From: an uncultured Chloroflexia bacterium
Lineage (GTDB): Bacteria; Chloroflexota; Anaerolineae; CG2-30-64-16
Assembly (NCBI GenBank): GCA_963810095.1
Contig: CAWEMM010000006.1
Location: forward strand, 544,001 to 608,000
DNA: 64,000 bases
Direction: 5' to 3'
Part shown: one piece after another, positions 7,249-20,184 of the stretch
Numbering within the stretch: the first letter of the stretch is position 1
Layout of the letters: the number at the start of each line of letters is the position of its first letter
Program-made: the position numbers and the translations under genes
The notes under the pieces: model-generated
Told to the model about the DNA's origin: nothing
The model's database searches: none
The model's input: the letters and a program-made list of their open reading frames with translations, nothing else

Positions 7249-9810
7249 TCAGCGCGCTTCGCGACGGGCCAGCACGTGTTGCAGCGCCTGACCGGTAAAC
7301 GAGCCCGGCGTCTCGGCAACTTCTTCCGGCGTGCCTTCCGCGATCACCCTGCCGCCCCCCGCCCCGCCTTCGGGCCCCAGATCGATCACCCAGTCGGCAG
7401 CCTTCACCAACTCCAGGTTGTGCTCCACCACGATCACCGTGTTCCCCGCGTCGACCAGCCGCTGCAACACGCCGAGCAGCCGGGCCACGTCGGCCAGATG
7501 GAGCCCGGTCGTCGGTTCGTCGAATAGGTAGAGGGTGTGTCCGGTCACGCGCCGGCCCAGCTCTTTGGCCAGCTTGACGCGCTGCGCCTCGCCGCCCGAG
7601 AGGGTCGTGGCGGGCTGACCGAGCTGCAGATAGCCCAGGCCCACATCTGACAGGACACGGAGCCGCGAGTAGGCCGGCGGTATCTCGGCGAACAGCACCA
7701 ACGCTTCGTCGACCGTCAGGTCCAGCACCTCCGAGATGTTATGACCCCGGTAGCGTACTGCCAGCGTCTCGGGCGTGAAGCGCCGGCCGTGGCAAACCGG
7801 ACACCGCACCTCCACCTCGGGTAAGAGCTGCATCTTGACCGTAAGCACGCCTGCGCCTGCGCACCGCTCACACCGGCCGCCCGGTACGTTGAAGGAGAAG
7901 TGCCGGGCCGCCAGGCCGCGCTGCCGGGCCTCGGGCGTGGCCGCGAAAGCTTCTCGAACCGGCGTGAAGGTGTCCGAATAAGTCGCCGCGTTGGAGCGGG
8001 GAATGCGCCCGATGTGGTCCTGGTCGATCGTAATGATCTTGTCGACGTACTCGCAACCATCGATGCCATCGTGTTGGCCGGGCGTGTCGGTCGCCTTGTA
8101 CAACCGCCCTCGGAGCGCCCGGTCGAGAATGTCAAAGACCAACGTGGACTTGCCCGAGCCGGACACGCCCGTCACGGCGAGCAACAGGCCCAGCGGCAGG
8201 CGCACGGTGATATCCTGGAGGTTGTGCTCGCGTGCGCCGCGAATGGTCAGGGCACGGCCATCCGGCGCGCGCCGCTGCTCCGGCACCGAGATAGACGCCC
8301 GGCCGGTCATGAAGTCGGCAGTTACCGAGCCAGCCTGGCGCGCTACTTCGGCCGGCGTCCCGGCCGCCACGATTTGCCCACCGAGGCGGCCCGCGCCCGG
8401 CCCGAAGTCGACCACGTAGTCGGCTGCGGCGATCATCTCCAGGTCGTGCTCGATCACCAGGACGGTGTTGCCGAGGTCACGCAGCCGGCGCAACACGGCG
8501 ATCAGCCGCAGCGTGTCCCGCTGGTGCAGGCCGATGGTCGGTTCGTCGAAAACGTAGAGCAAACCGCTGAGCGCCGACCCCAGCAAGGATGCGAGCCGCA
8601 GGCGCTGTGCCTCGCCTGCAGACACGCTGGGCGTGCCGCGTTCGAGCGTGAGATACCCCGCGCCCACCTCGGCGAGCCGGCCGATCACCTCGTGTAGCTC
8701 TGTCAGCACCGGGGCAGCGATGAGGCGCTCGTCGTCCGTCAGGGCCCGGGGGAGGTCTTCGAGCCAACGCCCAATGTCTGCCAGTGACAGGCGCGTGAGC
8801 GGGACGATGCCCTGCCCGTTCAGCGTGACGGCCCGGCTGTCAGCACGCAACCGCGTGCCGCCGCAATCCGGGCAGGTGTGGGTGACCAGGTACTCCTCGA
8901 GCTTATCCCGATAGTCGGCATCGCTCGCGTGCTCCTGGAGATGCTCGGCGTAGCGCCGGAGGAGGCTGGTGGCGACCCCCTCGAAGCGACCCTGGCGGAC
9001 GGTGGCAGGCGGCTCGACATCGGGGAAGTGCCGGCGGAAGAGCGGGCTGGCGACGCCGTAGAGCAGGAGATCGCGCGCTGGCTCGCCGTGGTTCTTAAGG
9101 GGTCGGGTCGCGTCGAACTCGAAGCCATAATGCGCCGCGGCAGCCTGGAGATTGGCGCTGTGGTAGTTGATCAGGGCCGGTGTCTCCCAACCAAGCACCG
9201 CGCCGCCGCTGATGCTCTTCTCGTCGTCCACCAGGCGGGCGACGTCGGCCTGCTGGACGACGCCGAGGCCCGTGCAGGTGGGGCATGCGCCCTCGACCTT
9301 GTTGAACGAGAAATGGGCCATCGTCAGCTGGGGCACGGGCGCGCCGCAGTGGGGGCAAGGCGCCGTCGCCTCGGGCGCACCCTCGTCGTCGCCCATTTCG
9401 GCGCCGAACTCGCCGCCCGCCGCGTCGAAGGACGGCGGAACTTCTTTGCCACACGCGGGGCACGGCCGGCGGCCGAGTTGTGCAAACAGGACACGCAGGT
9501 AAGTGTATGTGCCGGTGACGGTGCCCACCGTCGAACGCGGGCTGCGATTGGTCAGGTGCTGGTCGACGCTGACCGACGGCGAAAGCCCGCTAATGGCATC
9601 GACAGGCGGCTTCGCAAGGCCAAAGGTAACGAACCCCAGCGCTTCCAGGTACTGGCGCTGGCCTTCCTTATTGAGGATATCGAAACCCAAGCTCGATTTG
9701 CCCGAGCCCGAAACGCCGGTCAGGACGACGAGCCGGTTCTTGGGGATCGACAGCGTAATGTTCTTGAGATTGTGCAACCGCGCGCCGCGGATGATGATGT
9801 GCTCCGCCAT
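7249..9810 (-). CDS. uvrA: UvrA-family ABC ATPase (class II / UvrA2, DrrC-like)
   Basis: GARLHNLKN, two GVSGSGKS Walker A motifs, FSFN..GAC zinc fingers, LSGGEAQRVKLA, DEPT; 853 aa, apparently without the UvrB-binding insertion. Confidence 0.9.
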   Translation of the reverse strand: MAEHIIIRGARLHNLKNITLSIPKNRLVVLTGVSGSGKSSLGFDILNKEGQRQYLEALGFVTFGLAKPPVDAISGLSPSVSVDQHLTNRSPRSTVGTVTGTYTYLRVLFAQLGRRPCPACGKEVPPSFDAAGGEFGAEMGDDEGAPEATAPCPHCGAPVPQLTMAHFSFNKVEGACPTCTGLGVVQQADVARLVDDEKSISGGAVLGWETPALINYHSANLQAAAAHYGFEFDATRPLKNHGEPARDLLLYGVASPLFRRHFPDVEPPATVRQGRFEGVATSLLRRYAEHLQEHASDADYRDKLEEYLVTHTCPDCGGTRLRADSRAVTLNGQGIVPLTRLSLADIGRWLEDLPRALTDDERLIAAPVLTELHEVIGRLAEVGAGYLTLERGTPSVSAGEAQRLRLASLLGSALSGLLYVFDEPTIGLHQRDTLRLIAVLRRLRDLGNTVLVIEHDLEMIAAADYVVDFGPGAGRLGGQIVAAGTPAEVARQAGSVTADFMTGRASISVPEQRRAPDGRALTIRGAREHNLQDITVRLPLGLLLAVTGVSGSGKSTLVFDILDRALRGRLYKATDTPGQHDGIDGCEYVDKIITIDQDHIGRIPRSNAATYSDTFTPVREAFAATPEARQRGLAARHFSFNVPGGRCERCAGAGVLTVKMQLLPEVEVRCPVCHGRRFTPETLAVRYRGHNISEVLDLTVDEALVLFAEIPPAYSRLRVLSDVGLGYLQLGQPATTLSGGEAQRVKLAKELGRRVTGHTLYLFDEPTTGLHLADVARLLGVLQRLVDAGNTVIVVEHNLELVKAADWVIDLGPEGGAGGGRVIAEGTPEEVAETPGSFTGQALQHVLARREAR

Positions 9811-10170
9811 CCAACCTCCCGGTCAGATTGAGTAGTGATAAAGTACATCCCTCCAGGAGTCGATTCTACCACCTCCGTCAAACGCGGTCTGCCGAGCAGG
9901 TTGCTGCGCCCCGGCTCAACGGAAGTGCAACTACGGAGAAAACGGCGCCATGTGCGATAATGCATACAAGCGGCCGTGCCAGAACCACCATGAGCCACGC
10001 GGCCTGCTTTATTTGACACGAACCGTTATAATAACTGAATTGGCGTCGTGTCGGATTGACGGCCCGGGGGGGCAGTGGCCGGTTAGGCTTCCCCTCGGTT
10101 CGTGCGCCAGGACCTTCCCGGATTTCTCGCAGTACGCCGTGCTACGGCCCTTGAGGAGCACTTACGGTCG

Positions 10171-11997
<1,827 letters not shown>

Positions 11998-12068
11998 GTT
12001 TTTACGTACCTGGCCTCCCTGGGTCGGGGCCAGGCACATCAAACATCTGAATCAAAGGAGATTCCACG

Positions 12069-13055
12069 ATGGCCGAACTGCCCGATCGCAATCTGGCGCT
12101 TGACCTGGTACGCGTCACCGAGGCTGCTGCGTTGGCGGCGGGCCGGTGGGTCGGCCGCGGCGAGAAGATCGCGGCGGACCAGGCTGCAGTCGACGCCATG
12201 CGTCTCGTCCTGAACACCATCGAAATGGATGGGGTCATCGTGATTGGCGAAGGGGAGAAGGACGAGGCCCCGATGCTCTTCAACGGCGAGCGGCTCGGGC
12301 AGGGACGTCCGCCCCAGGTGGACATCGCGGTCGATCCGATCGACGGGACCACGCTGACTTCTCTCGGGCGGTCTGGCGCCCTCAGCGTGGTGGCTCTGGC
12401 GCCAAAAGGCACTATGTGCGCCCCGGGCAAGCTTGTTTACATGAACAAGATTGCCGTCGGTCCCGAGGCGGCGGGCCACATCGACATCAACGCGACCGTG
12501 GCCGATAACCTGGCTGCCATCGCGAAGGCCAAGCGGCGGGACGTCAACGACCTGATGGTGATGATCCTGGACCGGCCCCGTCACGCCGACCTCATGAAGG
12601 AAGTGCGGGCGACCGGGGCGCGCATCCGCTTGATCGGCGACGGGGACGTGGCGGCGGCGATCAGCACGTCGATCGAGGAAACGGGCATCGATGCCCTGCT
12701 GGGTGTGGGTGGGTCGCCGGAAGCCGTGATATCGGCCTGTGCACTGCGCTGCTTGGGTGGTGAGATCCAGTGCAAGTACTGGCCCCGCGACGACAGCGAG
12801 CGGCAGTACGCCGCAGAAAACAATATCGACCTGGACAAGGTTCTGTGCCTGGACAGCCTGGTGAACAGCGACGACGTTTTCTTCTCTGCCACGGGCATCA
12901 CCCGGGGGGAACTGCTGCACGGCGTCGAATACTTCGGCAGCGGTGCGCGGACGTACAGCATCGTCATGCGGTCGAAGTCGGGCACCATTCGCCGGATCGA
13001 GTCGACGCATCGCATTGACAAGCTGATGCGATACAGCGGAATCAACTACGGTTGA
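12069..13055 (+). CDS. glpX: Fructose-1,6-bisphosphatase class II
   Basis: VRVTEAAA, IGEGEKDEAPML, DPIDGT, LDRPRH, DGDV, GSPEAV, ATGIT. Confidence 0.95.
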   Translation: MAELPDRNLALDLVRVTEAAALAAGRWVGRGEKIAADQAAVDAMRLVLNTIEMDGVIVIGEGEKDEAPMLFNGERLGQGRPPQVDIAVDPIDGTTLTSLGRSGALSVVALAPKGTMCAPGKLVYMNKIAVGPEAAGHIDINATVADNLAAIAKAKRRDVNDLMVMILDRPRHADLMKEVRATGARIRLIGDGDVAAAISTSIEETGIDALLGVGGSPEAVISACALRCLGGEIQCKYWPRDDSERQYAAENNIDLDKVLCLDSLVNSDDVFFSATGITRGELLHGVEYFGSGARTYSIVMRSKSGTIRRIESTHRIDKLMRYSGINYG

Positions 13056-13149
13056 CCGTCTCATCCTGGTCGCCTTTAGCGGGCCTGAACGGAGCGCAGC
13101 CTGGTCGCCCACAACCGTGCTGCACAATGGTCTGGGCCATCAGCGTCAT

Positions 13150-13178
13150 TTGACGCCTTAGTGCCGTTGTGCTATACT
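13150..13178 (+). promoter_or_regulatory. Sigma70-type (extended -10) promoter of rho
   Basis: TTGACG-17 bp-TATACT with TG at 13170-13171. Confidence 0.7.
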
Positions 13179-13463
13179 TTGGACGCTTAAGTTCATTGCA
13201 TCCACCCACCCTCTCACACTCTCTACTTGCAATTCATGCGCGCAGTAACGCGCGCTGTGCAGCGCGGTTTCTCGCCGTGCCGAATCGAGCGCGGGCAAGT
13301 CGAATGAGAGATGCCAGGAAGATTCTTGCAGCGATCATCCCCATTAAACGGGCTCCTGGTGAGTTGGACGCCTGATCGGAACGGCGAGCGACGCCGTCCG
13401 TTTGTATTGTTATAACCCCTTCTTCCTCTCGTTGGAGAGGCCCTCTCGACTGGAGAGCCGTGA

Positions 13464-14720
13464 ATGAACATTGCGGAACTTGAAACAAAAACACTGACTG
13501 AGCTACAGGACATCGCCCGCGGCATGACGCTGACCGGGTACACGCGGCTCAAGAAGAATGATCTCATCATGCGCTTGCTCCGCGCAGAGACCGAAGCCCA
13601 AGGCCTGATTTTCGGCGGGGGAACGCTGGAAGTGATCCAGGACGGCATCGGCTTCCTGCGCGCCAACAAGCACATGAATCCGGGTCCGGAAGATGTCTAC
13701 ATCTCCCAGAGCCAGATCCGGCGCTTTGGGCTGCGCACCGGCGACTTTGTCGTCGGGCAGGTGCGGCCGCCCAAGGAGTCGGAGAAGTACTACGGCCTCC
13801 TCAAAGTCGAGGCGGTCAACGGCATCGATCCGGAAGTAGCGAAGCGGCGGCCTAAGTTTGAGGACCTGACCCCGATCTTCCCATTCCAGCAGCTCGAACT
13901 GGAGACGCAGCCCTCGGTCCTCACGACCCGCCTGATCGACATGACCGCACCCATTGGCCACGGCCAGCGCGGCTTGATCGTCTCGCCGCCCAAGGCCGGC
14001 AAGACGACGGTGCTGAAGCAGATTGCCAACGGCATTTCAGAGAACTATCCCGACGTCGTCCTGATGGTCCTCCTGATTGGCGAGCGCCCGGAAGAAGTCA
14101 CCGACATGGACCGTGCGGTCGAGGCGGAAGTGTTGAGCTCCACCTTCGACGAGCCGGTGCAATCGCACGTGCGAGTGGCCGAGATGGGCCTCGAGCGCGC
14201 GAAGCGCCTGGTGGAAGCGGGCCGGGATGTCGCCATCCTGCTCGATTCGATCACCCGCCTCACGCGCGCCTACAACCTGACCGTCCCGGCCTCGGGCCGC
14301 ACGCTCTCCGGCGGTATCGATCCGGCCGCGTTGTACCCGCCCAAACACTTCTTCGGCGCCGCCCGCAAGATCGAGGAAGGCGGCAGCCTTACGATCGTCT
14401 CCACCTGCCTCGTCGACACGGGCAGCCGCATGGATGATGTGATCTACGAAGAATTTAAAGGCACCGGCAACATGGAGTTGCACCTGGATCGCCGCCTCGC
14501 CGAGCGGCGGATCTTCCCTGCGTTCGACATCGTCCGCTCGGGCACGCGCCGCGAAGAACTGCTGCTGACGCCCGAAACGCTCAACCGGGTGTGGACGCTG
14601 CGCCGCATGATCGACATGCTGCGCCAGACGGGCGAAGATCCGCTCGAACCCGTGCTGGAACGCCTCCGCAAGACGCGGAACAACAAGGTGTTCCTCGACA
14701 CGCTCTCGCAGAGCATCTGA
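13464..14720 (+). CDS. rho: Transcription termination factor Rho
   Basis: [64 protein letters not shown]. Confidence 0.97.
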   Translation: MNIAELETKTLTELQDIARGMTLTGYTRLKKNDLIMRLLRAETEAQGLIFGGGTLEVIQDGIGFLRANKHMNPGPEDVYISQSQIRRFGLRTGDFVVGQVRPPKESEKYYGLLKVEAVNGIDPEVAKRRPKFEDLTPIFPFQQLELETQPSVLTTRLIDMTAPIGHGQRGLIVSPPKAGKTTVLKQIANGISENYPDVVLMVLLIGERPEEVTDMDRAVEAEVLSSTFDEPVQSHVRVAEMGLERAKRLVEAGRDVAILLDSITRLTRAYNLTVPASGRTLSGGIDPAALYPPKHFFGAARKIEEGGSLTIVSTCLVDTGSRMDDVIYEEFKGTGNMELHLDRRLAERRIFPAFDIVRSGTRREELLLTPETLNRVWTLRRMIDMLRQTGEDPLEPVLERLRKTRNNKVFLDTLSQSI

Positions 14721-14806
14721 CGTCGTGAACCGGCGGCCTGCCCCGCAAGAGCGTGCGGCAGGTTGCAGGTTCGCGCGCCATCCTACGAAGTAAGAGGCAC
14801 GCGCGC

Positions 14807-15925
14807 ATGCGCGAAGAAACCGCAGGGTCGCCGGTTCCGGTGCTGCAGGACGCCGTCCTGAGCGACGACTGGGGACCGGGGCACCAACTCTTCCAATCCA
14901 TCAAGAATATGCTCTCCCAGCGGGGCCCCGAGGGCGCCACGCCTGTTTTGCGCGTCGGCTCCCACGTCGTCATCCTGCTCGTTGCCCTCGCCGTCTTGCT
15001 GGTCAGTCGCCTCGAACTCCCGGCCCTCGAGATTATCGAAGAGGCGCCGACGGTCGATACCGCGGAAGTCGTCGACCCGGAATACGGGACCGAGCCCGAA
15101 ATCGTCGGCGAAGTCACGACCGCCGAGGTATTTGGCCTGACACGCGAAGCCGTTCCGATCACGCTCATTCCCGAGCGTCCCCGCGAAGGACTGAGCGAGT
15201 ACACGGTGGTCGCGGGCGACACGCTCTATGGCATCGCGAAGAAATACGGGTTGAGCGCGGAAACCATCATGTTCGCCAACGGGCTCGAGAAGAACCCCGA
15301 CCTGCTGCGCCTGGGCCAAAAGCTTGTGATCCTGCCCGTCAACGGCATCCTGCATACTGTTGCCCAGAAGGACACGCTGGACAAGATCGCCAAGACATAC
15401 AAGGTGAAACCTGAAGCGATCGTCACGTACCCGCTGAACCAACTGGACGCGAAGAACCCGCAGATTGCGGTGGGTCAAAAGATACTCGTGCCGGGTGGCA
15501 AGAAGGAAATCCCGCAGGTGGCAACGGTGTATCGGGGCACCGCACCGAAGGGCGCAAAGACCGGCACGGGCAAGCTGATCTGGCCGACCTCGGGCAGCCT
15601 GACCCAGGCGTTCAAACCGCTCCACCGCGCGCTCGATATCGCCCGCGGCATCGGCACGCCGATCAAGGCGGCCGATAACGGTTATGTCGTCGCATCAGGC
15701 TGGAGCAACGTGGGCTACGGCAATTACATCGTCATCGACCACGGCAACGGGTTGCAAACGCTCTACGGTCACCTGAGCAAGCGCTTTGTCTCCGCGGGCG
15801 ACGTGGTTACCCGCGGCGCCGTGATCGGGAACATGGGCTCGACCGGCAACTCGACCGGACCGCACCTGCACTTTGAAGTGATCAAGCGCGGCGCGCGGGT
15901 CAACCCGCGCGGCTATCTGCCCTAG
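14807..15925 (+). CDS. Membrane-anchored LysM(x2)-M23 peptidoglycan endopeptidase
   Basis: TM segment, YTVVAGDTLYGIA and HTVAQKDTLDKIA LysM repeats, HRALD and STGPHLHFE M23 motifs. Confidence 0.9.
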   Translation: MREETAGSPVPVLQDAVLSDDWGPGHQLFQSIKNMLSQRGPEGATPVLRVGSHVVILLVALAVLLVSRLELPALEIIEEAPTVDTAEVVDPEYGTEPEIVGEVTTAEVFGLTREAVPITLIPERPREGLSEYTVVAGDTLYGIAKKYGLSAETIMFANGLEKNPDLLRLGQKLVILPVNGILHTVAQKDTLDKIAKTYKVKPEAIVTYPLNQLDAKNPQIAVGQKILVPGGKKEIPQVATVYRGTAPKGAKTGTGKLIWPTSGSLTQAFKPLHRALDIARGIGTPIKAADNGYVVASGWSNVGYGNYIVIDHGNGLQTLYGHLSKRFVSAGDVVTRGAVIGNMGSTGNSTGPHLHFEVIKRGARVNPRGYLP

Positions 15926-15994
15926 CGAGGGCATTGACTTCCTTGGGGAGGCCCAGGCCGGGTTATTCGCCCGGGCTGTGTCTATAGCAGTAAA

Positions 15995-16030
15995 TGCGAA
16001 AGCCGGATCAATGGCGATCCGGCTTTCGCA
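15995..16030. terminator. Hairpin between convergent genes, probable bidirectional terminator
   Basis: Perfect 15-bp stem TGCGAAAGCCGGATC / GATCCGGCTTTCGCA with a 6-nt loop. Confidence 0.55.
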
Positions 16031-16052
16031 GCGCTCAGGAACCTTCGTGCTG

Positions 16053-16085
16053 AGAAACCAGGTCTCTGGCAGAAACCCGACTTCT
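16053..16085. repeat. REP-like palindrome family A copy 3
   Basis: AGAAACCAGGTCTCT-GGC-AGAAACCCGACTTCT, 33 bp. Confidence 0.65.
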
Positions 16086-16103
16086 TCAAGGCTCAGAAAA
16101 CGA

Positions 16104-19100
16104 TTAGGGCGCCACCAGGTTCACGACGACCCGGCTCTCCGCATACGCACCGCTCGTGTCGAACACGTGCAGGCGCAGCGTGTAGGTGCCGGGCTGCAGG
16201 CCCGACGTGTTCCACGTCGCCAGCAGGCCATTCTGCACTGGCGTGGTGGACGCCATGCCCACCGGCAGCCAGTCAGTACTGGCCGGCCGGTCGCCCGGCG
16301 CAAAGTCCAACTGGTAGCCGGCAAACGCCTGTCCGTCAGCAGTGCCGAGCATGTCCACCGGCCCGTTGAGGGGCGAGTTCTCCACCGGCTCGGCGATGAC
16401 AGCCTGAACCAGCGCGGACGTCGGTTCGGGCGATGGGGCAGCGCCTGTCGGCGACGGGGTCGCCGTTGGTCCAGGCGTGGCCTCTTCGGTCGGCGTCGCT
16501 GCCGGCGTTTCGGTCGGCGTTGCCTCCGGCGTGGGCGTCTCGGTTGCGTATTCGGTGGGGGTCGGCGTCGGCGCCTCCAGCACGACATACACCGGCGCAG
16601 ACGCCGCGACCGGGTAGTCGGTCTGGGTAACGTCATAGTAGGCCGCCAGGCGCAGCGAAAAATCGGTCGAGCCGTGCATGGCAACCGCGGCGGCAATGTC
16701 CCAGTCGCTCAGCCGGCCGTCGAACTCCCGGCCCTTGTGGGTCGTTCGGATCCGCCGGATGCGGGCCGGAAATGACGCCCCACCCGATGGGGTTCGGCCC
16801 CACGCCGTACTCCAGCCGCCAGACCAGCGGCTCAGGCACGCGCACCCGGCCGTCGATCGCCAGCAGGTTGGCGTTGACCGTGCCACTTACCGGCGACCGG
16901 ATCTCCAGCTCAGGTTGGAACGCGAGCGCCGGCTTCTGCGGTCCCAGCACCGGATATCCGTGCTCTTCGGCCCACGCCCGGTACTTGGCGGGAAAGATCA
17001 TCAGGTCGCGTTCTTCGATGCGGTCGGCCGGCGTGAAGTCGTTCGCCAGCTGCCCCGTCACCTTGTCCACTTTCACCCGCTGCCACAGGTCGTACCCCGC
17101 AGGCAGCGGCTGACTATTGGCCGCAAAAACCTCGCTGCGGCGCTTATCGCCCGGGCAGGCATCGCTTGGCAGCGTGCCGCTGTCCGCGCAGATCGTGGCA
17201 GTTCCCACGCCCTGGGGAGGTGCGAACTGGGTCGGCGCGATGCCTTGCAGTCCCCGCACCATCACCTCGTGCCAGATGGGCGCGGCGCCCAGCGAACCTG
17301 CCAGCCGCTGCATGGGTGTATAGTCCGCATTGCCTACCCAGACACCGACGGCGAGGTCGGGCGTGAAGCCCATGGTCCAGGCATCCCGGTAGTCGTTCGT
17401 CGTCCCCGTTTTGACCGCAACCGGCCGGTCGGACAGGGTCATCACCTTCTCGGCGCTGCCGAACATCAGGCGCCGGGCTGCCGCGTCGGACAGAATCGAC
17501 GTAATCAGGTAGACGTGCTGCGGGTCGAAGGCCTGCGCGCTCGGCTGCGGCGTGATCGCAACGCCTGTATTCGCGTCGCCCGCGGCGCCCAGGCAGCCCT
17601 GTACCTCTTGGGCAGCGTTGCCCCGCCAGATCAGCCGTCCGTCAGCGTCGAGCACGCAGGCGACAGGACTCACCGGCACCCGCGTGCCTCCGTTCGCCAG
17701 CGTCGCATACGCGTTGGTCAGCTCGACCAGCGTCACCTCGCCCCCACCCAGCGCCAGCGACAGCCCGTAGTCTGGCCGGGTCAACGTCGTCACGCCGGCT
17801 TTGCTCATCGTGTCCTTGAACCGGTCCAGACCGATGTGCTGGAGGGTCTTGACCGCAGGGATATTGAGCGAGTTCGCCAGCGCCGTGCGCACCGTGACGA
17901 GGCCGTGCTCCTTGTTGTCATAGTTGGTCGGCTTGTACGATCCGCTTGGATCGGGGAACTCGGTGAGGACGTCCATGATCGGCGTACCGGGCGTCCAGTA
18001 GCCGGGCGGCTCGATGGCACTGGGGGGCTCCACTGCGTTCGGGTCCTGGCCGGCCGCGGGTGTTGCCGCCAGTGCAGCCACCCGCTGCTGAAGCGCCTGC
18101 TGCGCGGCGTCCGCGTTCGTGCTCACCTCTGCGGGCATCTCGAAGGAGGTCAGGTAGACGAACGGCTTGAGCGCCGAGCCTGGCTGGCGCGGCTGAGTCG
18201 CCATGTTGATCTGGCCGCTAATCTGCTCGCTGCTGAAGTCCGCGCTGCCAACCATCGCGACGATCTCCCCGGTCTTGGGGCGAACTGCCACGACTGCGCC
18301 GTTGTGCGCGCCCTGCTTGCCCAACTGCGCCACCTGCTTCTTGACCGAATCCTCGGCCGCGGCCTGCAGATCGGGATCAAGCGTGGTGTAGATCTTCAGG
18401 CCACCCCGGCTTGCCAGCTCGGGGCCGACGAGCTGCTCGACCTGGCTGCGAGCATACAGCACGAAGTGCGGATGCTGTGAGTCGTAGACCTGCTTGAGCG
18501 GCTGCAAGACGAGCGGCTCGGCCCAGGCAGCGTCGGCCTGGCTGTTCGAGATAAAGCCATTCTCGACCATGAGCCGCAGCACCACACCCTGGCGCCGCTT
18601 CACGGCTCCGGGCTGTCCGTCGGCTTCCCACAGCTTTGTGTAGGGGTCGTAGTAGGCGGGCGCCTGCGGGATGCCCACCAACATGGCCGCCTGGGCCAGG
18701 GTCAGGTCTTTGGCGTGCTTGCCAAAGTAAGTTTCGGCCGCCGCCTCGATGCCGTAGGCGAGGTTGCCGTAGTTGAGCTCGTTCAGGTAGATCCGGAGGA
18801 TCGTATCCTTGTCATACCGGCGAGTGATTTCCGCAGCGAGGATCGCTTCCTTCACCTTCCGCGAGATCGACCGCTCGGATGAAAGGAAAGTGAGCTTGAC
18901 AAGCTGCTGCGTGATCGTGCTGCCGCCCGGGCCGCTCAGGTCGCGCTCGCGCACCGCATAATAGACCGCCCGCGCGATGCCGACAGGATCGACGCCGGGG
19001 TGCTCGTAGAAGCGCGGGTCCTCGGTCGCGATGGTCGCGTCGATGACGTACGGCGAGATCTGGTCCAGTTGAACGGCAGTACGGCGGCCGTGATTCGGGT

Positions 19101-19947
19101 CTGCGACCTCGTTGAGGATCTGGCCCTTGCGGTCGTACACGAGCGTCGAGGCAAAGCTGCTGGCACGCGCCTGGAGTTCGTCGGCGGGCGGCAGGTCACG
19201 CGCGACGCTCGCATAGCCGATCATCACCGAGCCGAACAGCAGGGCCAGCACGGCGACGACCACGAGCAAGGTGCTGCCGATGCGCGCACAGCCGCCCCGC
19301 CCGGGCGGAGGTGCAGCAGTTGGGCGCACAGGTCCGGTGCGCACCGGCGGTTGACCGCCGGAAGGCGGCGGGACATACGGGCGCTGCGCAGGCTGCCGGG
19401 CGGGCTGATACGGCTGCTGGCGCGGCGGTTGCCCGCCGTGGGGCGGCGCCTGGCGGTACGGCGGCTGGGCCTGCTGCGGCGTCGGCGCATACGGAGACGG
19501 CCGCGACGCAGGCGGTTGGGCCTGCGGCGGCGGCTGCACCTGCTGCGGTGGCACGTACGGAGACGGCCCCGGCGCAGGCGGTTGGGCCTGCTGCTGTGGC
19601 TGCCCGCCCTGCGCGGGCTCCTGTGGGTAGGGCGGCTGGCCAGAGACAGGTGGCTGAGCCGCGTCAGGCGTTGGCGCCGCAGGGGGCGTCCCTTCGGTCG
19701 ACCCGCCCTCGGCGGGAGAGGACTGCGGAGGGCGCTGACCCTGCGAAAAACGCTGCCAGAAACCCTGGTTTTGCGGCCGCGGCAACACCGCGCCGCCTTG
19801 CCCGCCGCGATCTTCCAGACCGACGTCGGGGTCCTCGGGCGCCTGGCCTTGCGCCGGCGCATTGCCGGGATCCTCGAGCGGACGAGCGTCCTCAGGATCG
19901 GGCGGGCGAGCGGGTTCGCTGCCCCACTCGCTAGATGAATCCGTCAT
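16104..19947 (-). CDS. Class A penicillin-binding protein (transglycosylase-transpeptidase) with Pro/Gln-rich N-terminus and C-terminal Ig-like domains (frameshift near 16732)
   Basis: ATEDPRFYEHPGVD, GSTITQQLVK, RKVKE, PGSALK (SxxK), NSLN, KTGT; ORFs 16633-20151 and 16104-16886 join at PQG/REFDG. Confidence 0.9.
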
Positions 19948-20114
19948 AGGATGAATGGTTCCTTCTCGGCCGGCAAGGTCATGTCCTGCCAGAGGCATGG
20001 CATGATGCTCGCCAGCAGAATGATAAACGGCAATGAAAAAGATGAAGCCGTAGGTTAGAGACGCTTCGGGTATGCGGTTGGTTTCACGCCTGCGTGCACC
20101 CCGCCAAACGCAAA

Positions 20115-20161
20115 ACCTCCGGGCTTGCGAGCGCCGCTGTGGGCCGCGCAAACCCGGAGGT
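20115..20161 (-). terminator. Family B hairpin acting as intrinsic terminator of the glgC pair
   Basis: ACCTCCGGGCTTGCG...CGCAAACCCGGAGGT followed by TTT on the minus strand, 24 bp after the stop. Confidence 0.65.
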
Positions 20162-20184
20162 CCTAGATTGCGCCCGGTGACTTG

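Noticed and set aside
10013-10032. TTGACA and TATAAT upstream of ftsH as a sigma70 promoter pair
   Set aside because: Spacing is only 8 bp, incompatible with a single promoter
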